A stretch of DNA of 64,000 nt from Eubacteriales bacterium (lineage in GTDB: Bacteria > Bacillota > Clostridia > Oscillospirales > CAG-272), in assembly GCA_045542075.1 (NCBI GenBank), contig JAZQKI010000023.1:18727-82726 (forward strand), written 5' to 3'. Below the pieces are notes generated by a model. It worked only from the letters and a program-made list of their open reading frames with translations. It had not been told where the DNA came from and did no database searches. The number at the start of each line of letters is the position of its first letter. Position 1 is the stretch's first letter. Below are positions 10,163-20,442 of this stretch, piece after piece. Made by a program: the position numbers and the translations under genes.

Positions 10163-11068
10163 TTACTTCCACTTTTGTTTATTTTTCAACACATTGTAGA
10201 GTTCTATGTAGCTGTCATGTCTGAATCTTGCCATTTCACCGCGCCTCACCTTTTTCAATACCGCACAGCCCTCCTCCTTTGTGTGAGTGCATTTGGTATA
10301 TTTACAGAGTCCGACACACTCATGTATCTCGGGAAAAACGTTTGGGAGATTCTCAATATCAAAAAAATTAAAGCGGTCGAAATCCAGCATTGAAAATCCG
10401 GGGGTGTCGGCAAGATATCCGTCCTTTCCGCAGACCTCAAAAAGTGTAACCGCGCGGGTGGTATGCTTTCCGCGTTCAACCTTTCGGCTTATCTCTCCCG
10501 TGCCTAACTCGAGGTCGGGAAAGAGCTTGTTCAAAAGTGTGGATTTTCCAACACCCGACGCGCCCGCAAACGCTGAGAGCTTGCTCGATAGATTACTTTT
10601 GACAAAATTCTGTATTTCTTCTATTCCTTCGCCAGTCGCGCAGGAAAGCACAAACACGTCATATCCCGCCTTTGAATATATCTCCTTTATCTGCTGAGCG
10701 TGCTCTCTGTCAAGCTCGCACTTGCCTACCACTATCACGGGGGTGATGTAATTGTGCTCGAGTATGGCACACATCTTGTCCGTCATGTCAAGCATAGGCT
10801 TGGGAGATGCCGCCGCCATTGTCACAAAAACATAATCGATATTGGCAAGCGGGGGGCGGATAAGCGAGTTTTTGCGCTCGCATATCTCGTCTATAACGGC
10901 ATTGCCGTTGTCGTCAATTCCTATATTTACAAAGTCCCCCACCAGCGGGGTAATATTTGCGTGTCTGAACGAGCCTCTGGCTCTGCATTTTACATCCTCC
11001 TCGGCAAGTCTGACAGTGTAAAGTCCGCCAACGCCGTGGATTATCCTTCCTTTTGAGCTTTCCGCCAT
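10163..11068 (-). CDS. rsgA: Ribosome small subunit-dependent GTPase A
   Basis: GASGVGKSTL, RGKHTTR, DTPGFS and the C-terminal C-K-Y-x-x-C-x-H-x-x-E-x-G-C Zn motif. Confidence 0.97.
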   Translation of the reverse strand: MAESSKGRIIHGVGGLYTVRLAEEDVKCRARGSFRHANITPLVGDFVNIGIDDNGNAVIDEICERKNSLIRPPLANIDYVFVTMAAASPKPMLDMTDKMCAILEHNYITPVIVVGKCELDREHAQQIKEIYSKAGYDVFVLSCATGEGIEEIQNFVKSNLSSKLSAFAGASGVGKSTLLNKLFPDLELGTGEISRKVERGKHTTRAVTLFEVCGKDGYLADTPGFSMLDFDRFNFFDIENLPNVFPEIHECVGLCKYTKCTHTKEEGCAVLKKVRRGEMARFRHDSYIELYNVLKNKQKWK

Positions 11069-11079
11069 GGATACCTCTC

Positions 11080-11832
11080 TTATTCTGAATTCACCGTTAT
11101 TATTACGGTGGTGTTTTTATCTATATAAATATTCGGCGCGGGGGTTTGAGATATGACCTCTCCCTCGACCGCATTCGGATCAAAGCCCTCTGTTATTTCG
11201 TAGCCTACGCCAAGACCCGAAAGAACGCCAATAGCATGTTCAACATTATTTCCGATAAAATCGGGAAGCATTATCCTTTGCACACCTCTCGGAGCTCGGA
11301 CATAAAGGATTATCTCATCTCCAATAAAAACAGTCTGATCCGCATCGGGATAGCTGCGAATGACCGACTCTGAAATGTTATCACCGGAATCGTCATATAT
11401 TTTCACAATTCGCGCCCCGCATTGCATCCCGCGTATTATAAGCTGAGCCTCCGCGAGAGATTTTCCCGACAGGTCGGGCATAGCAAAGCTCTCCTTGCCA
11501 AGGCTGATATTGAGCGTGAGTGTTGGTATCCGCCCATTCGGTATTTTTTGAGCCGACAAGCCGCTTGGGGATTGCGATATCACTACACCCTTTGGGTAAA
11601 TATCCGAATAAACGTAATTTTTTTCTATATTAAATCTTGCATCTGCTTTTATGTCCTGCTCATACGACCCCACAAGGTCGGGAAACATAAGCTCGTAGGT
11701 GTCGGACCTTCTATAAAACAGCGTGCAGAATACGGTCGCGCTTACCGTCATAAACACAAGAGTGGATATGATCGCCGCAACTATTAGTTTTTTTGAGATT
11801 TTGTTGCTTTTGTTTGATTTGTTTTTTCGCAT
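11080..11832 (-). CDS. Membrane-anchored PASTA-repeat protein with no kinase domain
   Basis: Basic N-terminus, one TM helix, then three PASTA-like repeats (PDLVG..GVVISQSP; MPDLSGKS..A; LPDFIG..GEVISQTP). RBS AGAGGTG precedes ATG 11832. Confidence 0.85.
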   Translation of the reverse strand: MRKNKSNKSNKISKKLIVAAIISTLVFMTVSATVFCTLFYRRSDTYELMFPDLVGSYEQDIKADARFNIEKNYVYSDIYPKGVVISQSPSGLSAQKIPNGRIPTLTLNISLGKESFAMPDLSGKSLAEAQLIIRGMQCGARIVKIYDDSGDNISESVIRSYPDADQTVFIGDEIILYVRAPRGVQRIMLPDFIGNNVEHAIGVLSGLGVGYEITEGFDPNAVEGEVISQTPAPNIYIDKNTTVIITVNSE

Positions 11833-11932
11833 AGTACACCTCTTTTTTAATATGTACTGTGCAAAATCAACGGTTAGTTTGTAAACGACAACGACCATAC
11901 ACAAACCGTAGATAACTTAAAAATTTTCGAGA

Positions 11933-12055
11933 ATTTTTTGGAAGGGAGTGTGGTGGGACTGCCTCACTTTGTTCAGCGCAAGTTTGCAGAGCAAGCTTGC
12001 GTAGCAGATCTCGAGGGATTTACTAACTTTTTACTAAAAAGGAGCTCCCCCACAT
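11933..12055 (-). repeat. REP-like family A, copy 2, interrupted by a ~65-bp insert carrying a second hairpin
   Basis: The reverse complement reads TGTGGGGGAGCTCCTTTTTAGTAAAAAG-[insert]-AGTCCCACCACACTCCCTTCCAAAAAATT. Confidence 0.65.
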
Positions 12056-12058
12056 CTC

Positions 12059-13108
12059 TTATCCTTCTCCCCCGTCCTCTCTCCTGAGCTGACCGCAGGA
12101 GGCATTGATATCCGAGCCAAGCTTGCGGCGGACTGTCGCGCGGATACCGCGTGACTCAAGGGTCGCTGCAAACTGCGATATGCCTCTTTTGTCGGCGGGC
12201 TTAAAGCCCGTCTCATCCACCTCGTTTACGGGGATAAGGTTTACGTGTATCGGCATAGACTCATCCTTTGTGCGAAGCGCGGAGTTGAGCACCTGCGCAA
12301 GCTTTTCCGCGAGGGGCTTTGAGTCATTCTTGCCTGAAATAAGCGTGTATTCAAACGATATCCTGCGCCCTGTCTTTTTGTAGTAGTCGCGGCAAGCGGC
12401 AAGCAATTCCGCAACTCCCCAACGGTTATTCACCGGCATTATCTCGGAGCGTGTCTTGTCGTCGGGCGCGTGCAGAGAGATAGACAGAGTAATGGGAAGG
12501 TCAAGCTCCGCAAGCTTATATATTCCCGTCACGACTCCGCAGGTTGAAAGCGAGATGTGTCTGTATCCGATGTTGACTCCCTGCTCATGATTGACCAGCT
12601 TCAAAAATCTTACGGAATTGTCAAAATTATCAAGAGGCTCGCCTATCCCCATCATTACGATATTGGAAATTCTGATATTAAGGTCTCTGTTTGCGGCAAG
12701 CACCTGACCAAGAATTTCTCCCGCCTCAAGATTTCTCACTCTGCCGCCAAGAGTCGACGCGCAGAACTTACATCCCATGCGACATCCGACCTGTGAGGAC
12801 ACGCAAATGGTATAGCCGTGCTCATGTTTCATAACCACGGACTCTATGCAGTTTTTGTCCGAAAGTTCAAACAGATATTTTACCGTTCCGTCAATTTGCG
12901 AAACCAACTTTCTTTTGACCGTCGGAAGCGACGTGTCAACGACCTGTGAAAGCTTTTCCTTTGTCTTTTTCCCCACGTTTGTCATTTCCGAGAGCAAAAT
13001 GCCCTTATGAAGCTGCGAAAATATCTGCTGCGCGCGGTATTTTGGCTCGCCGAGCGACAGCATAAGCTCCTCAAGCTCTGCGGGGTAGTATGAATATATG
13101 TTGTTCAT
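12059..13108 (-). CDS. rlmN: 23S rRNA m2A2503 / tRNA methyltransferase RlmN
   Basis: CVSSQVGCRMGCKFCAS, MGIGEPLDN, SLHAP, DINASCGQL. Confidence 0.98.
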   Translation of the reverse strand: MNNIYSYYPAELEELMLSLGEPKYRAQQIFSQLHKGILLSEMTNVGKKTKEKLSQVVDTSLPTVKRKLVSQIDGTVKYLFELSDKNCIESVVMKHEHGYTICVSSQVGCRMGCKFCASTLGGRVRNLEAGEILGQVLAANRDLNIRISNIVMMGIGEPLDNFDNSVRFLKLVNHEQGVNIGYRHISLSTCGVVTGIYKLAELDLPITLSISLHAPDDKTRSEIMPVNNRWGVAELLAACRDYYKKTGRRISFEYTLISGKNDSKPLAEKLAQVLNSALRTKDESMPIHVNLIPVNEVDETGFKPADKRGISQFAATLESRGIRATVRRKLGSDINASCGQLRREDGGEG

Positions 13109-13133
13109 AGTATGTCCTTTTGCATTTTGCACT

Positions 13134-14435
13134 TTATATTCTTCTCAATTTTGCAATAAAAAATCCATCGGTTTTGTGTGTATCGGGGTAAAGCGAGAGC
13201 ATTCCGCCCTCTGACGAAAGCTGTCCGACACAAAATTCCTCCGCCACAAACTCCGGGTGTGCCTCAAGAAATACTTTTATAACTCCGCCGTTTTCCTCGG
13301 GGAAAACCGTACAGGTGGAATAGATCAGCACTCCGCCGATCTTTACGTATTTTGACACATTTCCCAGAATATCCGACTGGATCCTCGGCAGCTTGTCCGA
13401 CTCGGACAGATCCTTATATCTTATCTCAGGCTTTTTTGCAACAACGCCAAAGCCCGAGCAGGGTGCGTCGCAGAGCAACACGTCCGCGCTTTTCTCAAGC
13501 GAGGGATCAAAATTTCTTGCATCCGCTTCCCGAATAGTTATTATATCAACACCAAGTCTTTCCGCGCCCGCGCCGACAAGCGAAAGCTTACTCTTGTGAA
13601 GATCACAGGAAAGCATACTGCCCATATTTTGCATATTGATCGCCATACCGAATGACTTTGAACCGGGACACGAGCAACAGTCGATAACCGTATCTCCCGC
13701 CTTGACTCCCGTTGCCTCAACGCATATCTGCGATGCCTCGTCCTGAACAAAGAAATATCCCTCGTCCGCCCCCGGCAGTGACGCAAATGAAACACCGCTT
13801 ACGTTTATTCCGTGCGGCGAATTTTTTGTAAATTCATATTTGATTTCTGCCGAGTCAAGCAGCCTTGCATAGTCATCACGGCTTATTTTGAGCGTGTTTA
13901 TACGCAGAGTCATCGGCGGCGTTCTATTGTAGCTATCAAAAATCCCGCAAGCCCGTTCAAATCCGAAAATACTCAAAAACCTCTCGCAAAGGCCCGTCGG
14001 AAACGAGTATTTAACAGACAAATACTCTACCGCGTCAGTTTTCTTATCGGGAAGCTGTATCTTCTCTCTTTTTCTCAGATACGAGCGCAATATCGCATTC
14101 ACAAAGCCCTTTGTCCGCCTGGGCGCAAGATCCACCGTCTCATTTATTGCCGCATACTCGGGTATGCGGTCTAAAAACATAAGCTGATAAAGGCCTATGC
14201 GCAAAATTATTCTTGTGTCATTCTCTATTTTCGACGGATCGGAGGCGAGCTTGTCTATGAAAAAATCAAGAGTGATGCGTCTCTCCACAACGCCCATAAC
14301 TATGGCGGTGAAAAGTCCCCTGTCACTCTCGCCAAGTCCGCTCGCATTCAGCGCTCTGTCAATAGCGATATTCGAATACTGTCCGCTTGAATATAATTTT
14401 TTCAAAACGTCAAAGGCCAGCTTTCTTGGACTCAT
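13134..14435 (-). CDS. rsmB: 16S rRNA m5C967 methyltransferase RsmB
   Basis: NusB-like N-terminus, VQDEAS, DAPCSG.G, YSTCT..PEEN, DGFFIA. Confidence 0.97.
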   Translation of the reverse strand: MSPRKLAFDVLKKLYSSGQYSNIAIDRALNASGLGESDRGLFTAIVMGVVERRITLDFFIDKLASDPSKIENDTRIILRIGLYQLMFLDRIPEYAAINETVDLAPRRTKGFVNAILRSYLRKREKIQLPDKKTDAVEYLSVKYSFPTGLCERFLSIFGFERACGIFDSYNRTPPMTLRINTLKISRDDYARLLDSAEIKYEFTKNSPHGINVSGVSFASLPGADEGYFFVQDEASQICVEATGVKAGDTVIDCCSCPGSKSFGMAINMQNMGSMLSCDLHKSKLSLVGAGAERLGVDIITIREADARNFDPSLEKSADVLLCDAPCSGFGVVAKKPEIRYKDLSESDKLPRIQSDILGNVSKYVKIGGVLIYSTCTVFPEENGGVIKVFLEAHPEFVAEEFCVGQLSSEGGMLSLYPDTHKTDGFFIAKLRRI

Positions 14436-14462
14436 AGACACTCCTTTCTTTAGAGGATATCC

Positions 14463-14514
14463 GTGAAAACCTTTTTTATAAAAAAGGTTTTCACAGAACT
14501 TTCCAAAAAACTTT
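14463..14514 (+). repeat. REP-like family A, copy 3
   Basis: GTGAAAACCTTTTTT-AT-AAAAAAGGTTTTCAC hairpin plus AGAACTTTCCAAAAAACTTT tail. Confidence 0.7.
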
Positions 14515-14621
14515 AATGAATTTTTTATGATTCTACGGTTTGTAATTGGAAATTTGATTTTTTCGTATGGGTCGATATTCTCAGAGACCCGTTTTATAAT
14601 TTATAAATTACTTATTCAAAA

Positions 14622-15551
14622 TCAAGCAAGAATATCACCAACCGCGATCCTTCTGCCGTTGATGAAATCCGATGCTTTCATCTTACCCTTACCCTCGGGA
14701 ACAACTCCGAGAATAGAAATAACTCCATCGCCGCAAGCAACCTTTATGTCGCCGTCGGTGGAAATTACCGTCCCACATTCTGCATCTGCCTTTTTATCCG
14801 AAAAAATTCTGCTCTCGGTAATTTTGAGCAGCCTTCCATCGGGAGTGTGCGTAAACGCAAGAGGAATGGGAGACAGACCGCGTATAAGATTGTGTATCTC
14901 GCGCGCGGGTCTTGAAAAATCAATCAGACAGTCGCTCTTTTCTATTTTTGCGGCATAAGTCGCACCCTCTCCCTGAACGGTGGGGGTAATACTGCCCTCC
15001 TCAAGTCCCTTTACTGTTTCAAGCAAAAGCGACGCGCCAAGGGATGCGAGTCTGTCGTGTATGACCTCAAAATTGTCATTTTCATCTATTTTAGCCTCTG
15101 CCTTAAGAAGCATATCACCCGTGTCAAGTCCCTCTGCCATAAGCATTGTGGTAATGCCCGTTACAGACTTGCCGTCAATTATCGCTCTCTGCATAGGAGC
15201 CGCTCCTCTGTACTCGGGGAGTAGCGAGCCGTGAACGTTGACGCATCCATATTTGGGATAGTCAAGCACGTTTTTGGGCAGTATTCTTCCGTAAGCCACA
15301 ACGACTATAAGCTCAGGATCAATATCCGCCAGCGTCGCGGCGAACTCCTCACCGCGAAGCGTCAAGGGCTGAAGCACGGGGATGTTTTTTTCCTGCGCGT
15401 AAACCTTAACTGGCGGAGGTGTAAGGTGATGTCCTCTGCCTTTAGGCTTGTCGGGCTGAGTTATTACCGCCGCGACGTCATACCCCGCCTCGCAAAGAGC
15501 CTTTAGCGACTCAAGCGCGAAGTCGGGAGTTCCCATAAATAAAATTCTCAT
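14622..15551 (-). CDS. fmt: Methionyl-tRNA formyltransferase
   Basis: FMGTPDFA, TQPDKPKGRG, NVHGSLLP.YRGAAP, LDTGDML. Confidence 0.99.
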   Translation of the reverse strand: MRILFMGTPDFALESLKALCEAGYDVAAVITQPDKPKGRGHHLTPPPVKVYAQEKNIPVLQPLTLRGEEFAATLADIDPELIVVVAYGRILPKNVLDYPKYGCVNVHGSLLPEYRGAAPMQRAIIDGKSVTGITTMLMAEGLDTGDMLLKAEAKIDENDNFEVIHDRLASLGASLLLETVKGLEEGSITPTVQGEGATYAAKIEKSDCLIDFSRPAREIHNLIRGLSPIPLAFTHTPDGRLLKITESRIFSDKKADAECGTVISTDGDIKVACGDGVISILGVVPEGKGKMKASDFINGRRIAVGDILA

Positions 15552-15568
15552 TCTATCACTCCAGCTTA

Positions 15569-16045
15569 TCAGTCTTCAAAATCCAATTCGTCGGGTGAGA
15601 GCATTCTTTCGGCTTTGTCAATATAGAGCTTTCCGTCAAGATGGTCAAGCTCGTGGCAGAAGCATCTCGCGAGCAGCTCGGAGCCCGTGTAGTCCACGAT
15701 CTGTCCGTGTCTGTTCATAGCTCTTACCGTCACATGCATAGGTCTTTTTACTATTCCCCATTCACCCGGCACGGAAAGACAGCCCTCGACTCCCTCCTGC
15801 TCGCCCGAAAAAGCGATTATTTTGGGGTTGATAAGCTCGTAGACCTCGCCATCCTCTACCTCAACCACTACGATCCTGCGGAGTATGCCGACCTGCGGAG
15901 CGGCAAGACCAACTCCGTTTGCGGCTCTCATAGTCTCTACCATATCGTCAAGCAAAGTAAGTATTCTGGGGGTTATCTCCTCCACCTCTCTGCATCTTTT
16001 TCTCAAGGTATCATCGCCTTTTTTTACTATTTTCAGCTTTGCCAT
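15569..16045 (-). CDS. def: Peptide deformylase
   Basis: GVGLAAPQVG, EGCLS, HELDHLDG. Confidence 0.99.
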   Translation of the reverse strand: MAKLKIVKKGDDTLRKRCREVEEITPRILTLLDDMVETMRAANGVGLAAPQVGILRRIVVVEVEDGEVYELINPKIIAFSGEQEGVEGCLSVPGEWGIVKRPMHVTVRAMNRHGQIVDYTGSELLARCFCHELDHLDGKLYIDKAERMLSPDELDFED

Positions 16046-16095
16046 TTATATAAACCTTCTTTCCTGTTAGTTGTTTTGTTACATTCTGCACTTGC

Positions 16096-16146
16096 GGATA
16101 GCCTTCCCCATTGGGGGGAAAGGGGGACCGATTGCGGTGGATGGAT
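16096..16146 (+). repeat. REP-like family B element (CCTTCCCC..GGGGAA type)
   Basis: GGATAGCCTTCCCCATTGGGGGGAAAGGGGGACCGATTGCGGTGGATG. Partial copies lie at 24745-24767 and about 26738-26756. Confidence 0.55.
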
Positions 16147-16193
16147 GTCATCGCCGCGATTCTTTCGGGTTGCCGTGGGTGCCAATTCCTACG

Positions 16194-18668
16194 TCAAAGC
16201 CCCGTCGGGTTAAAATCTATACTAAGTATGCTCTTGTCCTTGCCTTCCTTGCTGAAGCTTTGCATAAGCTCATCAAAGAACTGTCGGCTCCTTTTGGTAA
16301 GTCGGCATTTTATTATCATGCGCAATCTATATTTTTCCTCGACCTTATATACCGGCGCTTCAAACGGCCCGAATACCTCCAGCGGAATATCCGCAAAGGA
16401 GTTTTCGGTAAGTTTCTTTATCTCGCCCGACAGTCTGGTCGATATAAGTAACGCCTGCTTCTCATCCGCCGATACGACAGTCAGCACCGCAATATCGCAA
16501 TACGGCGGGAACGTGAGCAGCTTACGAAGTCTTATCTCGGAATTATAAAAGCTCTCGTAATCCTGCGCACAGGCAAGCTTTATCGTGTCATTGTCGGGAT
16601 TGTTTGTCTGAATAACCGCAACTCCGCTCTTTTCTGCGCGTCCAGCTCTGCCTATAACCTGCGCGAGCATTGAAAACGTGCGCTCGTTTGCGTGGTAATC
16701 GTCAAGATAGAGCGACATATCCGCCAAAAGAACGCCAACAAGCGTTACATTCGGGAAATCATGTCCCTTTGTGACCATCTGCGTGCCAAGCAGAATGTCC
16801 GCTTCGCCTCTGCGGAAGCTGTCAAGCAGCTCACGTGAGGAATTTTTGCCCGACGTGGAATCCGCGTCAAGCCTTAAAATTCTCGCCTCGGGGATAAGGA
16901 GCGAAAGCTCCTTTTCTATTCTCTGCGTGCCAAATCCGATGCGCGCCATATGCTCCGAGCCGCAAGACGGACAATTCTCGGGCATTCTCATCTTGCTTCC
17001 GCACCAATGGCAGAACAAAAAGCCTTTTTCGTGGTCTCCTCGCTCCGCGTGATAGCTCATAGACACAGAGCAATGAGGACAAAGCACCGCCTCGCCGCAG
17101 CTGCGGCAGCTCACCGCGGTATTGTATCCGCGCCTGTTGAGGAACAGCACAGCCTGCTCGCCACGGGATATGACTCCCTTTAGCCTTTCTATCAGCTCCG
17201 AGCCGAGCGGCGACGTGTTACCCGTCCGTGCCTCGCGGCGCATATCGTATATCTTTACCTCGGGGAGCTTGGCATCCCCGTATCTTTGCGTTAGCCTCAG
17301 AAGCTCGTATTTGCCCTCAAGAGCCTTGCTGTAGCTCTCAAGCGACGGAGTTGCCGACGACAAAAGCATCACCGCTCCGCTGTACGCGCATCTGTATCGC
17401 GCTATATCTCTTGCGTGATATTTCGGGGAGCTTTCGGACTTATACGTTGCCTCATGCTCCTCGTCTATAATTATAAGTCCAAGATTTTTGACGGGCGAGA
17501 ACACCGCCGAGCGCGTGCCTATAACTATGTCCGCCTCGCCGGACTTTATTTTTGAATAAGCGTCAAACCTTTCACCCGCGGAAAGTCCCGAGTGAACAAG
17601 AGAGACTCTTTGTCCGTATCTTGAACGGAATATCCCAAGTGTCTGCGGAGTCAACGCTATCTCGGGAAGAAGCACTATCACTCCTCTGCCCTCGCTTATC
17701 GCCTTGTCAATAGCGGTCACGATAACACTGGTCTTTCCGCTTCCCGTGACGCCGTGAAGCAACACCGCGCGCGGCTGACGCGAGCTTATATGCGAGCATA
17801 TTCTGTCCGCCGCCGACTGCTGCTCCGCGTTCAGAACGTATTCGGTCGGATGTCCTATCTCCCCCGATATCGCCTCTCTGTATCTACGCTCGCGTCGCTT
17901 TACTATAACGCCCTTTTGCACAAGCGTCTTTACGGGCGCATCGGTCGTATTGCTCGCAGAAAGAATCTCGTCAAGCGTTCTCTCTCTGCCATCCGACAGT
18001 ATTTCAATTATTACCTTATGCTTTTGCGCGGTTATTTTTGTGCTTTCAAGCACAGCCCTGTCAAGCGAATAAAAGCTTTCGTATATCTCGCCCGCAACTC
18101 TGCCGCTTTCAACACTCCTTTTTATAACCTGCTTTGAAAGCAGCCTTTCAACAGACTCTCCCGCCGCGGCAGCGCCAAATCTGCCCTTGAGCATATCCAT
18201 GCTCGCGGTACCCTTTGACACAATATAGTCGTAGACGAACAGGTCCGCCGGTGTGAATCCCGCAGAGGAATTAGGCAACACCTCGCCGCTCGGCGAATAA
18301 TACTCGGTGAGCTTTCCCAGTGCCGCCGCAGGGACAACACATCTCACCGCATCTCCAAACGTACAAAGTGTCTGTGTTTTCATGTACATGCAAAGCCCCA
18401 GCATCTCGTCGGACAGGGGGTCTCTGTCGGGGCAGACGTCTATTACAGACTTGGGGTTTTTATACTCGCTTATGCTCATAAGCTCCCAGACTATCGCCAT
18501 CTGCTTGCGATTGGTACGTCCAAAGGGCACCGTTACAAAGCACCCTCTCTGTATTTTGCCGCGCAGGTCAATTGGCACAAAATAGTCATAGGAGGTGTCT
18601 ATTGCATACGGACTGTCAAGCAAATACACCGATACGTATTCGTACCTTGAACAAGTTCCCTGTTGCAT
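16194..18668 (-). CDS. priA: Primosomal protein N' (PriA)
   Basis: GVTGSGKT, DEEHE, SATPS, the Cys-rich CRSC..CPHC..CHWC..CPSC region, GTQMVTKGHDF, QVIGRAGR. Confidence 0.98.
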   Translation of the reverse strand: MQQGTCSRYEYVSVYLLDSPYAIDTSYDYFVPIDLRGKIQRGCFVTVPFGRTNRKQMAIVWELMSISEYKNPKSVIDVCPDRDPLSDEMLGLCMYMKTQTLCTFGDAVRCVVPAAALGKLTEYYSPSGEVLPNSSAGFTPADLFVYDYIVSKGTASMDMLKGRFGAAAAGESVERLLSKQVIKRSVESGRVAGEIYESFYSLDRAVLESTKITAQKHKVIIEILSDGRERTLDEILSASNTTDAPVKTLVQKGVIVKRRERRYREAISGEIGHPTEYVLNAEQQSAADRICSHISSRQPRAVLLHGVTGSGKTSVIVTAIDKAISEGRGVIVLLPEIALTPQTLGIFRSRYGQRVSLVHSGLSAGERFDAYSKIKSGEADIVIGTRSAVFSPVKNLGLIIIDEEHEATYKSESSPKYHARDIARYRCAYSGAVMLLSSATPSLESYSKALEGKYELLRLTQRYGDAKLPEVKIYDMRREARTGNTSPLGSELIERLKGVISRGEQAVLFLNRRGYNTAVSCRSCGEAVLCPHCSVSMSYHAERGDHEKGFLFCHWCGSKMRMPENCPSCGSEHMARIGFGTQRIEKELSLLIPEARILRLDADSTSGKNSSRELLDSFRRGEADILLGTQMVTKGHDFPNVTLVGVLLADMSLYLDDYHANERTFSMLAQVIGRAGRAEKSGVAVIQTNNPDNDTIKLACAQDYESFYNSEIRLRKLLTFPPYCDIAVLTVVSADEKQALLISTRLSGEIKKLTENSFADIPLEVFGPFEAPVYKVEEKYRLRMIIKCRLTKRSRQFFDELMQSFSKEGKDKSILSIDFNPTGL

Positions 18669-18719
18669 ACCTACACCTCCTCTGAAAGCATATTCCAAAC
18701 ACTCAATGCGGCAATCGGA

Positions 18720-19022
18720 TTATTCGAAATCTTCCTCTGCCTCTACTGCCGCGCTCTGTTTTTCGCGTCTGACTATAACGTAGTCACCCTCGTGAATTCT
18801 TCTTATAGCAGTCTTTACCGCCTTGTCGTCGCGAAGCTCCTTGTCGATCATGCTGTTGGTGGGATGATCGCTGTCCTTACCGTTTGCATTTGCGTGCTCC
18901 GCGTCCTCGCGCTGCTTTACGTATTCGTCCGTTACTATGCGCGCGCACTTTGCCGTTGCAAGCGAAAGCTCATATCTGTTGTACTGTCCCTTTGTAAGCT
19001 CGTTTATCGTTGGATAAAGCAT
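18720..19022 (-). CDS. rpoZ: RNA polymerase omega subunit
   Basis: MLYPTI..L....NRY.L..ATAK.AR.I and K.VKTAI..I; conserved synteny. Confidence 0.85.
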   Translation of the reverse strand: MLYPTINELTKGQYNRYELSLATAKCARIVTDEYVKQREDAEHANANGKDSDHPTNSMIDKELRDDKAVKTAIRRIHEGDYVIVRREKQSAAVEAEEDFE

Positions 19023-19069
19023 GTTTTTTCTCTCTTTCGTTATATAATATTTGATTTGTTTTTCTGTTT

Positions 19070-19342
19070 TTAGTCCTCGTCGGACGCGTCTTCCTCGACA
19101 AGCGTATCCTCGGAGTCAAGTCTGTTTGCGATAGTCTCCGCCTGAAGCATTGAGAGTATCACGTGGTCGGAATCGGTTATAACAACCGCCCTGGTTTTTC
19201 TTCCGCAGGTGACGTCAATAACTCTGCCCGCGTCCTTTGAGTCCTGAATGAGACGCTTGATGGGTGCGCTCTCGGGGCTCGCTATTGCAATTATTCGCTC
19301 AACGGCTATCATATTGCCGTATCCAATGTTTATAAATTTCAT
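19070..19342 (-). CDS. remA: RemA/DUF370-family regulator
   Basis: [36 protein letters not shown]. Confidence 0.93.
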   Translation of the reverse strand: MKFINIGYGNMIAVERIIAIASPESAPIKRLIQDSKDAGRVIDVTCGRKTRAVVITDSDHVILSMLQAETIANRLDSEDTLVEEDASDED

Positions 19343-19380
19343 TTTTTGCTCCTTTTTGCTATCTGTGTCGCACTCTGCAT

Positions 19381-20265
19381 TTACTCTATATTCTGTATCT
19401 GCTCGCGGATCTTTTCAAGCTCGGTCTTGACCTCAACAACAAGTCTCGCAATATCCGCATTAGCGCACTTGGAGCCCGTCGTATTTATCTCTCGGTTCAT
19501 TTCCTGAAGCAAGAAGTCCAGGCTTCTGCCAACAGGCTCATCCGAGTCAAGATATCCGTAGAACGCCACAAAGTGTGAGTTGAGTCTTACCAGCTCCTCG
19601 TCTATCGCCGCCTTGTCCGCGTAGATAGCGCATTCGGTAAGGATCCTGCTCTCGTCCACCGTCACGTTATTATCCGCAAGCACCGCGCGGAGCTTTTCCT
19701 CAAGCTTTGTCTTATATCCGCCAATATCGCTTTCGGACAATTCCTTTATCTTTTCCACAACAGTCTGTATGTGAGCCGCCTTGCCCTCGAGGTCTTTCTT
19801 TATCCTCTCTCCCTCGGCTATCCTTGCCGCTATAAATGCGTCAGCTGCCGCGGAAAGCACGGTCTCAAGGTCCTCCCAGTCGCGCTCATCCTCGTCTTTT
19901 TTCTTGAAGATCAGAACGTCAGGCGCACGCGCAACATCCATGAGAGTTATCTCGCCCGAGAGCCCAAAGTCCTGCTTTAACTTGCTCAGCGCCGCTATAT
20001 AATTCTGTGCGTATTCGGTGTTTACCGTGATCTCGGTATCCGCGCTCTCGGTAAACTCGACCGATATGAACACGTCAACCTTTCCTCGCGATATTCCCTT
20101 TTCCTGAAGATAGGGCTTTATTTTCTGCTCCAGATGAGAATAAATTCTCGGGAGCTTTACCTGACAGTCAAAATATCTGTTGTTTACGGACTTTATCTCG
20201 ACCGTTATGTCCTTTCCCCCGACAGTCCGGCGACTTCGCCCGAAGGACGTCATACTTTTCAGCAT
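19381..20265 (-). CDS. yicC: YicC/YloC-family endoribonuclease
   Basis: [49 protein letters not shown]. Confidence 0.95.
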   Translation of the reverse strand: MLKSMTSFGRSRRTVGGKDITVEIKSVNNRYFDCQVKLPRIYSHLEQKIKPYLQEKGISRGKVDVFISVEFTESADTEITVNTEYAQNYIAALSKLKQDFGLSGEITLMDVARAPDVLIFKKKDEDERDWEDLETVLSAAADAFIAARIAEGERIKKDLEGKAAHIQTVVEKIKELSESDIGGYKTKLEEKLRAVLADNNVTVDESRILTECAIYADKAAIDEELVRLNSHFVAFYGYLDSDEPVGRSLDFLLQEMNREINTTGSKCANADIARLVVEVKTELEKIREQIQNIE

Positions 20266-20442
20266 AAAATCTGCCTCCCCGTAAAATTGCGCATATATAA
20301 TTATTTTAATACTTTTCCTATATCTTGTCAAGTTTTTGTGAACAATAATTTACTTATTATTCACCGTTTGTTTGCTTTTGTATATAAAAATCAAAATCAT
20401 GCCGAAGGGGTGTTTCCCCTCCGACATGACGGTCTGACTGTT

